A stretch of 64,000 nucleotides of DNA, taken from contig CM022670.1 in the NCBI GenBank assembly GCA_012295275.1, forward strand, positions 34,224,001-34,288,000, given 5' to 3'. Made by a program: the position numbers and the translations under genes. The notes below the pieces were generated by a model. That model saw nothing but the letters and a program-made list of their open reading frames with translations, had not been told where the DNA came from and searched no databases. This document shows, piece by piece, positions 25,885 through 37,850 of the stretch (positions are counted from its first letter, which is position 1; every line of letters starts with the position of its first letter). The stretch is from Chrysomallon squamiferum (Eukaryota > Animalia > Mollusca).

Positions 25885-28196
25885 CATCATCATCATCATC
25901 ATCATCCTCATCATCATTTAAACCTAAAATAAACACAACCTATAAAGAGTCCTAAAAGGTAACACAGTTGACAATGATCACAGTAACAGCTACTCAGCAC
26001 GAAGTGTATCTAAGCCTTGATCCCCATACACAAAGCCACCAACAATAAGCGGTGCAGATTTGTGTCTAGAGTTACTTACCTTGAAGGTCATGGCGGGTAC
26101 CTAACAACAACAGAGGCACAGATATGTATTAACACTTCAGGCAGAAGAAGTATTTAAAATCAATTTTCATAGACGTGAATATGTCATTAAAATGTAATTT
26201 ATGACACACACACACACACACACACACACAAATGACCAAGATTTGTTTTATTTATACCTATTGTGTTATTGCATTTGTGGACTGAAAAAATGAAACAATA
26301 ATTTGAAGTAAAATAAAAATGCATTTAAGCTATTTCAAACAACCAAAGATATATTTCATATCAGTGAATCTTAAAAAAAATAAAAAATAAAAACCAATGT
26401 TCAGCATTCTCTTTCAGATAATCTTGTAGATATAAACCATCTAGTTTAAATTTTATATTGGTCAGTGAAATATTATGAATTGTATAGTAACATTAAGCAT
26501 GTATACATTATAAATATAAAACATTTATCATTACCCCTTCTTTGTTCAAAATCACTGCTTTAATTATAATAACTGACAGAAAAACTGTTTTTCTCTGACA
26601 ATCAAATAAAATAAATACACAGATTTCAGTGATCAGAAATTCTCCCAACACCAAGGGAGTCACAGAGAGATTTTTATTATTACAAGTATGCTTTGTTTTG
26701 TTTTAAACATCCTACATTAATTGTTTTTGATTTTTATATCATGCTTTGCAACCAAACAGTAAATTCATAGCAAGCATGTGAGTGCAAAGTAACAAAATGT
26801 ACTGCAAATGAAATCTGATGCACAAATAAAACTTAAGAAAATATAATCAACTAACCTGACCCATAATGGACACTTGGGGATGGGGGTGTGGCTGCCTCAA
26901 TTGTACTCTTACTGAACAGAAAGATTGGATTTGTGTCCTGAAAGAGAAATATTGTTAAGCACTATTTTTTACAAACAGTTAAGGTTACAGAGTATCTGTG
27001 GCAATACAAATACAAATTCTAAATGTACTTCGTATACTTACATATGAATGATGTGTTTGGTATTAGTAAACGTTTCTTATGAAAAATTAACATATTTGTG
27101 AGGATATACAGAGGCCAACATTTTCAAGTATTTTGTATTATTCTTTTGTAAACAAATATATGAAAAATTAATAATAATAATAACGATATTTTTAAACTTA
27201 TGTTTAAAAATTATTGACAGACTGAAAATATTTCAAATTCGCAATAATTTTGTTTTCTTTTGTTGTTGTTTTATTCCACACATTTCTTTGCACAGAATCA
27301 TATCACATCAAGACATATAGCCATAAGAAATGTTTATTTTAAATCATAATACCCCAGTACGATGCAAAAACTAGTTGTAGTAAATACGAACAAAATAAAA
27401 CATATTTCATTTCAAGTACACTGCAGTAGTTAATATGACATACAAATTATTATAATTTTTAAAGAATAATATTTATAAAATAATGCAATATCAAATTGGC
27501 ATTTTAATGTAAGAGAACATCCATTCATGAAAATTAACCCTGGACATACACAGAGTTACTATAACAATTTGTTTGTGAGATGTTATTTAACTCACCGTTC
27601 CTGCACTGTATTTGGCTACACGTTGATGTGGATCAAGGCTCTCTCCACCACTAATCAAGAGAACCTGCTTGTCTTCAGGAATATGACAGGCCCTGGTGAT
27701 GACACTTTGCAGAACTGACACACTGCAATATAACAGTTAATAACAGCTGATTCTGTAGACCTAACTGACCACTGAGTAAACAAAACAATTTTAATAATAA
27801 TTTGATCAGCAAATTTTTCATTTATAACTATGGCAAAAATAAATAAATAGATAACTTTATAAAATAAAATAAAATGTTTTTTCTACTATAAAGCACTTAG
27901 GCAACAAATATTAAATTTAATAATAATATTGATTACCAATTTCAGTCTTTGCTGAATCAGTATAAAATTATACTTATATTAATAAATAACACTAAATATC
28001 ACATTTCAAAATATACAATTTTGTTCCATATGTGAAAAAGATTTTTGAAATTTATATTATATAATCTTTCCCACAAAAGCATATAATTATTTAATTTATT
28101 ATATGGAGTATTTTAAAGAGAATCTTACTTTTCCATTGCCAGATTCATGTCGAATGTCATCATGGTGCCAGTGTCGACATGAAATATGTACAACAT
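9010..28196 (-). CDS. RB1CC1: RB1-inducible coiled-coil protein 1 (FIP200; Atg11/Atg17-related autophagy scaffold), complete
   Basis: 24 coding exons (-): 28129-28196 (MLYIFHVDTGTMMTFDMNLAME), 27596-27722 (QVLLISGGESLD..YSAGT), 26856-26937 (DTNPIFLFSK), 23625-23710 (SRTQLA), 22789-22904 (DQHLQQQGWAAVVANLED), 20711-20797, 19973-20201, 18679-18849 (VKGLEDRLYGLDQ), 18177-18361 (AKEELSVNLHTRL), 17624-17810 (EVVRRRKFS), 16848-16929, 16533-16591, 15916-16016, 13250-15197, 12850-12969, 12387-12495, 11898-11976, 11505-11616, 11083-11134, 10642-10689, 10335-10396, 9907-10034 (VGDLVLLCLDERHDQYVVF), 9377-9447 (DKEYCQAKK), 9010-9129 (QNRFKVPVGTKFYRVKAKPW..*). N-terminal ubiquitin-like, scaffold and C-terminal Claw motifs are all recognisable. 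There is one apparent +1 frameshift near 11610. Confidence 0.96.
12586..12790. repeat. Three degenerate tandem copies of a ~65-75 bp unit (RB1CC1 intron)
   Basis: CTTAAG...CATTATTTCAACATTAACTGTTAACATTTCAAA recurs at about 12604, 12678 and 12748. Confidence 0.75.
13250..15197 (-). CDS. RB1CC1: Large internal exon (1948 nt) of RB1CC1: disordered region followed by coiled coil
   Basis: Corresponds to ORF 13214..15163. Bounded by an AG acceptor (15198-99) and a GTGAG donor (13248-49). Contains EFQTADFYFDESLPSS and a long E/K-rich heptad region. Confidence 0.93.
15588..15790. repeat. Degenerate ~110-bp tandem duplication (RB1CC1 intron)
   Basis: TAAAACATTAAATTCAC...TCACAATMATGTTAAGATTAATTTT occurs at about 15591 and 15700. 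Confidence 0.75.
19512..19978. repeat. 19-bp AT-rich minisatellite, more than 20 copies, abutting an RB1CC1 splice donor
   Basis: Interspersed variants TAAGAATATACACTATTAT and TAACAAAATAAACTATTAT. Confidence 0.9.
21509..22792. repeat. 41-bp minisatellite, about 30 copies, starting at an RB1CC1 splice donor
   Basis: Unit ACAAGCTCTGAGTATGTCTGTATGTGTTACTTACTTTGTTC; period of 41 counted directly at 21781-21822. Confidence 0.95.
25355..25750. repeat. 47-bp AT-rich minisatellite, about 8 copies (RB1CC1 intron)
   Basis: Unit ATATATTACTTATTTTTAAACAGTTTTATTAATTAATTATACATTTC; period of 47 counted at 25441-25487. Confidence 0.9.
26080..26100 (-). CDS. RB1CC1: Candidate 21-nt in-frame microexon of RB1CC1 (adds GTRHDLQ)
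   Basis: Minus strand reads tctgTGCctctgttgttgttAG|GTACCCGCCATGACCTTCAAG|GTAAGTAAC. Phase 1/1 matches the host intron and there is no in-frame stop. Confidence 0.6.
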
Positions 28197-28292
28197 GATG
28201 ACCACTGGTATCTTGTCTTCCACTCCACCAAGTACACAGTGTTTCTCTTATTTAAGGCATAATTAATTCAAATATACTTCACCTTGCCATAT
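28197..28292 (-). other. RB1CC1: Probable 5' UTR part of the RB1CC1 ATG-containing exon
   Basis: Acceptor tttacattttAG at 28293-28294 (-). A candidate upstream non-coding exon ends at the donor GAG|GTATTT at 28906/28905, in a region that retains CpG. Confidence 0.5.
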
Positions 28293-28414
28293 CTAAAATG
28301 TAAATATATATATGCAAGGTTGTGTGTGTACACACACACATACACATACATATGTAAAATAAATACTATTTCTAAGTTAACTGAAAACAAAGCAATAATG
28401 CTGTACGAATCCAA

Positions 28415-28458
<44 letters not shown>

Positions 28459-28517
28459 CAATGCAAAGACATTAATGTCAGTTTACATTTATTAATACAT
28501 TTAATATTTATTAATAC

Positions 28518-28553
<36 letters not shown>

Positions 28554-29196
28554 TTTGTTTTGTTTTTTGAATTAAATAAAAACTTCTAAACTGTGAGGGA
28601 AGATGAATGCATTTGAACTGACAGAGAATTATTCATGCATATCTTCGTCATAGTTTATTTGCTTCTGTTTACTTTTCGTAATTTTAAATTGTGGTCAAAT
28701 ATTGAATACAGCTGTCCGCTGTTGCAGTAATCGTTTTTATTTTATTACGTACCACGTAGCTTTATACTGAGAAATGACACTATTACTAAAAATAATGTAT
28801 CAGTATTTACAATTGTTATAAATTAAATAAAAATTTATGTTGGCTGAAAAGAAACTGGGTTAATCGGGCGAAGACGCAGCCCTCACTGGTAACCATGCGA
28901 AATACCTCCTGAAAAATGATGACCGCCCTGTATCCGTTACATAGTTGATGATTGTGTTTATTCCAAATACTAGCATCTGAAAATATCAAGTGTAGAATAT
29001 TATGACTTTGTCAAAAACGTATTTTTCTATGAAAGGAAGTGTTTACAAATATCAGCTGGCCTCTTTGTGAAACTATCGAAGGGGAGCAACTCTTGTTTTT
29101 AGTTTCGTAAGATTCGGTTAAATTGACCTTTTATTCGGAACATTTCGTATCTTTTAACAGATTAAAAAAAAGTTACATTGTAAATAGTTTTACTGC

Positions 29197-29250
<54 letters not shown>

Positions 29251-29679
29251 CAACAACAATAACAAATTTTATTCAAATAATCAAATATAATAAATAAGAT
29301 TTATCCGTGAATATTTTTATTAATATTATCATTAATTTATATCAATATGGTTACTGATTTTTTTTATTCTTGTCGTTGTTTTAAACACTGCATATTACGT
29401 TTACATTGACTGAAAATATAATTATACGTTATCGTTATTAAACAATTAATTAAAAGTATATGAACTTGTTGGTTTTTATTTTTTTACTTTATTATATTAT
29501 TTTGTTTGTTTGTTTGTTTGTTTGTTGTCGTTTATTGGTTTGTGTTGTCTTCATTTGTTGATAATAATATTTATATTCCAGGTCATTGTGCGAATTATTA
29601 AGCGTTGGTATCAAAATCGGTAACAGTTAAACAGCCAGGAACAATATATTTTGTTACCCGAGTGTCTACATATAATCAA

Positions 29680-29733
<54 letters not shown>

Positions 29734-31405
29734 TCATTAGTTTTATATATCGGGCGTATCAAATAAAATACGGTATATCATAACGAATAAAAATCTTCAA
29801 TTACTCCATACGCCTAATTCCAGAGTTAACGTTTTTGAATTTGTTGATTTGTTTTTGTCTGTTTGACCCTAGCGATTAAATTTATAAAGAAAAATAATGC
29901 ATCATTAGATTCCTACATGTGTACGTACAAACACAGCGACATGCATATAGTTTCATATATAAATACACATTAAAAATAACATTATTTGATTTGTTTTGCT
30001 TTAAATGTTGTATGTAGTTATGGCCATTATATTTTATTTAAAAAAATATGTATATTTGCGGTTGTATTTTTAATTTGGATGTTTTATTTATTTTTTATTT
30101 ATATATATATATATATATATAAATATATGTCAATATACAGCATAATTTGGTTTTTTAAAGTATATTATTAATAAGTACGTCTTGGCTCAGTTTTAAAAAA
30201 TAATCACTCAAGTTGTCCCACCTGCACGGGGTATACGTGCCCCAAATTTAATGTTATTCAACTTATTACGTCAGTAACTGAAAACGTGACGAGATCAATT
30301 ACATCATCTTCTTAAATATCATGGCACGTACTGTCCTCATTTCAAGGACACCTAAAGGTTAACGTTATTTAAACTAATAAAATTAATTAAGACAATTTCA
30401 TGGTCCAGTGTTCAATAAAATAATGTTTAAATAACCATATAAATAAATAAATAATAATATAGATCAACACACTTTTAGTAGGTGAAAATTACTAAACTTT
30501 AAAGAAACAAAATACCCCCAACAATTTACATATCAGATATTTACCTACAATGGTAAAAAAATATATAATAGTATTAAACAATATTTATCAATTTGAATTG
30601 AACTATTTTCAGTTAAATCAAGAAAGAAATCTATTTAGAAGAGAAAATCAGCAAACTTCTTTATATCACACTTGCTATAAAATGCAATCAAATGATCCAA
30701 TTTGTTTTTAAGAAAGAAGACATCCTACTACTAAAAAACAAACTTAGCTATTATTATTTCAATAAAACAAATAAAAACAATGTAAGTGAATAAAGATCAG
30801 ATAAATTTTATTTGACAAATCATTTGCATTGATGTACTACAGTCCGCAATTTTCACAAGGTTGATAGTAAGCATACATTAAGTACAATTTTAGTATGGTA
30901 CCAAATGACTTTAAATATCAGACCACCAGTTTTCAAATTAAAATTACCAGACTCATCGATATAATTTGTAAGCATGATTTCAGAGAGATGTTAAATCATG
31001 AAGATAAAACAACTAAATGCTTCTTTAAAAATTCTTTCTCACTTTATTTCTTTACACTCACACACTTATGTATACATAAATAAATATATATACTTCCACC
31101 CCACCCAAAGAAAAGAGGAATAACCACACAGTCAATGATAGAAGTCGCCTAGCGTCACATATTCATATACATTTTTTAGATTTGGTCAGTAGTTGTTTGT
31201 TCTCCATGAACTATTGACGAAGATTTGCCAAGTTTGAAACTGATTCTACCCGTGAATCAATAAAGAAAACTGAAGTGGTCTTCCTTGTTGCCAAAAAAAA
31301 AAAATAAAAAAAAATAATTCCAAACAATAAAAATGTGTTGTTAATTTATATCGAGTTCTACTGTCCTTACAAAATATTCACATTATCAATAACTCAAAGA
31401 GTCTG

Positions 31406-32281
31406 TTATGGACTGTAGTCTGTGGGCTCCATGGGTTCGAGTTTAAACCAGTAGCCACATTCACATCTCTTGGGTTCACCTTTATGGAGGTACATCCAGT
31501 TAATGGCAATGGCATCCTCTTCACCTGCAAATATGAAACAAGTAAAATATTTTAAGAAAAAACATTTCATTCATTTTTATTTACACCTTTTAGCATTTAC
31601 ACATGTATACAAATAAATAAATTTTGAAATAAAATTATCCAATTAAGTATCACCACTAAACTAAACAGATTTTGATACAAATAAACAGTGGATATAAAAT
31701 AATATAAATTTAGATATATATATGCACACACACATTTATGTACATGTATCATTATATGTTTTGGATATAATAACCATTCAGGTTACAAAGAGAAATACAT
31801 TCATATAGCTTTAAATCAAAAATATTTAATCAGCTTACAGATGCATCCAACAAGACGCTTATCAAACATAGATGGAATTATCGTTGGTTCCTCAAATGTT
31901 CCTTTGGCTCGTGCCTTGACACTCATTTCGAAAGGATCCTGAAAAAAAATAAAACGTTACAATTATAAACAATATAAAAAAGATCATTAAACAATAGTGT
32001 AATTTTTTTTTTTTTTAAATCAGTAAATGAATCTGAAAAGATCCTTTTTCTTTTTACGGAACATTATCAGCATTAATGTAAACAGTACATACTTCATTTC
32101 CTGCCAGCTTTGCCAACAATTCAAATCGTTCAGGACCCACAGCGTGGCCAAGAGCGTCGGGCATGGTTACTTTATCAGAAGCTGAAAAATACATATTTAA
32201 ATGAATTACGCAAAATATAAGTGGTATGTACTTTCCAAAGTATTAAATATATCATATATAAATATAAAACTGAAACTAATT

Positions 32282-32340
<59 letters not shown>

Positions 32341-33654
32341 TTGAAGTGTAGAATATCCAAATGATCATATTCCGAGAAAAATAAAAAATTAAAATTAAAA
32401 TATTTTACTAATTGTGCCTTTGTTTCTGATCTCAACTGCAGAAACATACAAATATGTCAATCTAATATTCCATCATACAAAATAATCAAAGGTCTGCATG
32501 GAATAAAGCAAGTTTGTATCTTGATATACCAATATACAGGGTCTGAGAATATCTTCCTTGTAAACAAATCATTGCATCATTCAATGTCAACAATAATTAA
32601 TGACATTCTATGAAATTTGTAAATATAAAAAAATAGCTTTTTCTGTTTTTGTGGGGACAGATAGTGTAAATATTATTATATATTATTCCAAATAATTTGT
32701 AATTATATATACCTTCACTAACAGTAATATTAAAGAACATAAAAAAAAAATATGCCCAGAGATCTATTATATTTCTTTGTTTTATGTCATTTTAAAAAAT
32801 AATAAATACAGATATACAATATATTCAATTTATCAGAACAAAGCTGTTAATTTTGTTATTTTGTACATTTAAGAATACGAAATTAGATTTTAAAAAAGAA
32901 AAGAAAATTCTCAAATCGCCAAGATATACGTTTTTGTGAGTGTTGTTAAATTTGTTGATCATATCAAAAGAATATTAGGATTTTTCTATCAGATGTAGCA
33001 CGTCTTCAATAACTTTACATAATATAATAATTGTATAATATGCGATCCTAATCCAAATTTAATTTTTTTTTTTTTAGTAATAATGAATAAATTAAACATC
33101 GAATACTTAGACAAATTTCAAATGTTTAAGTTAAAGGAACAATGATATCTATCTTTTTTAATGGGACTAAAATTAATTTTAACAATATCATTAAGTTAAA
33201 ATAACTTCAAGTCAATTCCTCAGACATTAAAGACTATTAATTGTGTTAGGCGTGTAACTTTCTAACAACGATCACATGCATCTAACCTTCACATGTCCTT
33301 TGACATGCAGGTCATTAATCAAGAAGTAAATAATAAAGTGATCAATGTTTAACATTTACTTTTACTTCTAGGTATTGTATTTGTAAGATATATAATAAAT
33401 ATATTGGTCCGGCATAATAAAGTCATATAATTATTAATCACGTTTCAAATACCTTCAATGATAATGAGCTGGAATGTGAATTTCGATATTTCACGTATAG
33501 ACACGATTATTTTTATAATCTAGAACTTACCAACTTTTCCCTTGTGGTGATCAACTGGACCACTCTGGCCATGTCCAGATGAAGCTCTCACACTTGAGAA
33601 CAACACGGAACGTCGGACAATTCCAGCACCTGTCTTCAGCAACGATGTCGCCAT
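31406..33654 (-). CDS. COX5B: Cytochrome c oxidase subunit 5B, mitochondrial (complete, 4 exons)
   Basis: Exons 33531-33654 ([29 protein letters not shown].., presequence-like), 32093-32181 ([24 protein letters not shown]), 31839-31938 ([26 protein letters not shown]), 31406-31524 ([29 protein letters not shown]). The Zn-binding GCIC and CECG motifs are present and all phases are consistent. Confidence 0.97.
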
Positions 33655-34552
33655 TTTCGACAATATGAGTAGACTGAAGATCGAAAGCACTGCTACGCTT
33701 GGTCACGTACGCAAGCAAACTGAGAGAAATACGATTGGCAAACCTGCTAGACTGGTTCACTAGTGTTTGCATTAATGTGTCGGCTTATGCAATATTCTCG
33801 GTTATTTCCGTTAGAACTTTCACGAATATACCGGATAAAACCGACTGTAAACGAAACTGTTTACCTTGAAATGTGATATACTGTTTAGAAACTATTATTC
33901 ATATTTTACGTCAGCTATATTCATAATAAGACACTACATATTTTTTTCTCATGATTCTGATATCAATGCGTATAAATTAATTTCAAGGCTACAAACTCTC
34001 CATAATAGGAATATTAAGCCTCCCAAATCCCCTACACTAAATCATTTTTACGAGTTCATTTCACTAAATTTATAATGTCTGTAGCATCAGTTTAAAGAAT
34101 ATAGAAGCATAAAATATTTTCTGAAAGCAGGCGGCTAGAAATTGGATTTAAAGCAAAATGTTCAGTCACTGTATCGTCCGTAACAAACACTGAAAACTTG
34201 TGTGAGAAGAAAATATGAAGGTACGTGCATATCATCACGTACGTTCCAATTCTTCTTGCACTAGTCAAGGTATAGTTAAAAAATGTACCATTCGTTCTTG
34301 AAATTACAAGTCAGTTCTTTATTACTGTCTTTGTCATTCAAAGGAACTGCTCGTTTCCTCCGCCTCACCACTGAGTATGGAATCTCCGTTCTCTTTTTTC
34401 TGAGAAATCGTGACGTGTAAACTTCTGAAGAAATTCTCAACACTTGTCTCTTATTTGTGAATGGGCTATCATATTTTCACGAAACCTCTAATCCTTGAAA
34501 TTAATTTACACGAATATCAATCAATCAATCAATCAATCAGTCAATCAACAAA

Positions 34553-34587
<35 letters not shown>

Positions 34588-34634
34588 ACAATAAAAAGTA
34601 ATTTATTATACTTATGAATAACCTACTAATTTCA

Positions 34635-34677
<43 letters not shown>

Positions 34678-35330
34678 TAATTAAATCTAATTCTACACAA
34701 TGTATTATATAAAATTAGTACTTTTTCTTTAACTAATCTGTCGATTAAAAATTAATATCAATATACGTCTTGAGTATTAGTTTTACGTGGTAGATAAGCA
34801 AACTAACTCTTATTTTACTGTATTTTATCAAATGCGCGTTATCTCCCTTGAATAATAATATTTTTTCGACGCTGTCGTAAGGCAGTGATTTATATTACGA
34901 ATTCAATTTATCTGGTGAAAGAAGAATAACAAAACAACGCAAAAAAAAAAAAAAAAAAAAAAAAAAATAAATAAGAAAAAAAAGAATAATAATCAAAGGC
35001 TGATTATATTTTATAATAAACTATAGTAATTAAGCGAAACGCCTCCTTTTTATGGTTATATGATATATGCGATGGTATTGTAAGGCCTGGCATGATTACC
35101 TCCCATCAGTCATATGTTTATTTGTCATACACTTTATAACAACACAGGTTAAGGTTTAGTGCACAGTTAATCCTCTGCCCGTTACCCAGATAGAAAATGG
35201 TATGATCCCACATTGTTGTATATTGTATGTGTACCGGCAATAAATAAATGAAAGAAAGGCTTATAATTATTTATACATTTTATTTCATTCAGATAACTTG
35301 ATCACTTAAGTTTCAGTAGATAGCCTACAG

Positions 35331-35625
35331 AACAGGTTTTTAACCTGGGGGTCGCCAGCCTTTTTTTCTGAGGGTCGCAAGATCGTTCTTGAGCAAGGGT
35401 ATGTTTTAGCTTTTTCAGTTTGACTTGGAAGGAGGAATAAATAAAAACCTGTAGATAGGTTTCGGACCCGTCACAGTGAATATAGATTCCCTTTGTACTG
35501 TCTTTTGGTTGATGAAAATATGGTAACCCCAGTTATATTTGAATCAAACATTTTAAAGGGGGTCATCGGTCATAGTGAGTTGCGGTCATAAGGGGTCGCG
35601 GTATGAAAACGGTTGAAAACCAGCG
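35331..35625. mobile_element. Non-autonomous hAT-type DNA transposon (MITE), 295 bp
   Basis: Perfect 8-bp direct repeat GCCTACAG at 35323-35330 and 35626-35633 (TSD). Imperfect 15-bp TIRs: AACAGGTTTTTAACC versus reverse complement CGCTGGTTTTCAACC. Subterminal GGGTCGC motifs occur near both ends, as in hAT/Charlie-type MITEs. Confidence 0.8.
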
Positions 35626-35633
35626 GCCTACAG

Positions 35634-35820
35634 CATCTAAGAACTGAAGGGTCGTCTTGACTCTCTGCTGCAGTTGATGCAGATTGTTGTTGGTGCGTGG
35701 TCCATTGGTCTCATGGTGGTTCCAGAGCGGCAGGGGGAAGCGAGCATCATCATCAGTCCAGTTGACGACCATGTAGACGTTGAACTCTTGGGCACGAGGA
35801 ACATTTGATGTCGAGTCCAT
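35634..35820 (-). pseudogene. Decayed Mutator-like (MULE) transposase fragment
   Basis: Translation FNVYMVVNWTDDDARFPLPLWNHHETNGPRTNNNL resembles the MULE C-terminal YFxxxW...FPxxLWN....RTNNxxEGWH motif. The EGWH part is missing. Confidence 0.7.
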
Positions 35821-36117
35821 GGTTTCAATTCATGCGTCCTGAATTTTGTCTTGTCGTAGTAGAGCAAGCCTGGTATTCCATTGTCAAAACATGCTTCCTT
35901 CAAAGACCTTCTCCTGTTTAAGAGCAACATTTCCATATAATTGGAGTAACCATAAACATATGCTGCCCACCGCCAAAACTAGTTGATTATTCCCCAAACA
36001 GAGGCGCCCAGCTTACTTACTGCTTGACTGCTTTCCAAATTGTATACTATTGACCATATGACTACTGACCATATAACGTTTGGGAGGATACTCCTGGCAT
36101 GACATAATATGTTTTAA

Positions 36118-36620
36118 GGTACGGTATTGTATGGTATGCTATGGTTCAATATGGTATAGGTTGGTATGTTACGGTCCGATGTGGTATGGTACGGTATTGT
36201 ATAGTATGGCATTTCAAGACTGTACGGTATGGTATGGTATGGTATGGTATGGTATGGTATGGTATGGTATGGTATGGTATGGTATGGTATGGTATGGTAT
36301 GGTATGGTATGGTATGGTGGTAAGGTACGGTATGGTATGGTGTGGCATGGAATGACACTGTACGCTGCACTGTGGTGTGGTAAGGTAAGGTATGGTATGG
36401 AAAGATAAAGTAAGGTACGATATGGTATGATACATAATGTACAATACGGTATGATTGATATGGTATTATATGGTACCGTACTGTATGTGGTATGGTATTG
36501 TAATTGTATTGCATGTCGTGGTTCGGTAAGGTATGATATCTTACAGTATGATATGGTATGGGATATATGGTACGGTACTTTATTAAATAATATGATAAGA
36601 TTTAATTATATGGAATGGTA
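36118..36620. repeat. (ATGGT)n pentanucleotide microsatellite with degenerate flanks
   Basis: Pure GGTAT run at about 36226-36317; source of the YGMVW and YHTIP pseudo-ORFs. Confidence 0.95.
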
Positions 36621-37764
36621 AGGAATGTTATTGTATATAATTAACTGTAGTTAGAACGAATGTGAAATGAAGATGTAAAGAAATGTATGAAGGATTCTTT
36701 TGTTGACGTATTTTATCATCAGACAAGACAAAGGGTTTTGTCGCTGTCAGTGATGTCTTCTTCAGATTACGAGGACGTTACGTGATATCGCTTCACGAGA
36801 ATTCAGAATAATCGCTTCTTCAAGCAGAAAAGAAGTAATCGGGAAAAACTGAATGCAAAGGATATCAATAATACGTAAGATCACGTTCGAATCTGCAGTA
36901 TCAGACAGAGATATCAGTTAGAAAAACTGCCAGACACAGATTAGGTTGTAGTTGCAGTGTTTTCTTTTAATGTTATTTTTTCCTTTTCATTCTTCTTCTT
37001 ATCATTTATTTTAGTTCTCTCTGTTTTTCTCTCTATTTTGCACTTTTTTCTCTCACACTTATATACACAGTCTCTCTCCGTCCGTCTGTATCTATCTGTC
37101 TGTCAGTCTATCTGTTTATCAATCGTTATATATATATATATATATATGCCATTCAGTAAGTGAATTAATGAATAAAACAAATACAACTGCCTGAAACTGA
37201 TCATGAATAATTTCATTTCATCTTTTTTTTTTTTTTTTTTTTTTTTCGTTATGAATTATGCAGCAAAGCAGTTTTAACATTTTCATTCTCAGTTCCATAA
37301 ATTTTATTATCAGCCTGTCAGAAAAATATTCAAAACGAAATGGGTTGCGATTCGCTGATGGCTACACATTAACTAAAGTACACTGAAATATATTAATTAT
37401 TTCCTTTCGGTAATACGTTTACGTAAACAGTTCTTCGCTATTGGAGAATATGTCTTCGCAAAAATACAATTGGTATTTTTAAAGATTATCATTCATCATA
37501 TAACGATGTATGGCATATTAATATTTTATTAAAGGTCTTGGGGTGTTCTTTTTCTCTCTCTCTCTCTCTTTCCTCTCTTCGAGACATATCGATCTCTGTT
37601 TGCACCTGTTAAATTAACTTAGGCCAATAAAGAAAGAATCAGAACGGGAAATTCGTCAATAAAAAGAGATTTAGGAGACTCGGTTTTCTGAATGTGTTAA
37701 AGGTGGACGACTGTAAAAATGAATAGTTTTAAACTCCATTTCTGTGACAGTCTTTTTTTCTGAG

Positions 37765-37765
<1 letters not shown>

Positions 37766-37849
<84 letters not shown>
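37766..37849. repeat. (TG)n microsatellite
   Basis: Seen directly, about 84 bp. Confidence 0.97.

Positions 37850-37850
<1 letters not shown>

Noticed and set aside
33551-33772. 73-aa ORF over the COX5B 5' end
   Set aside because: Wrong frame. The real CDS starts at ATG 33654 and splices at 33531.
36080-36621. YGMVW and YHTIP repeat ORFs
   Set aside because: Translations of the (ATGGT)n microsatellite.
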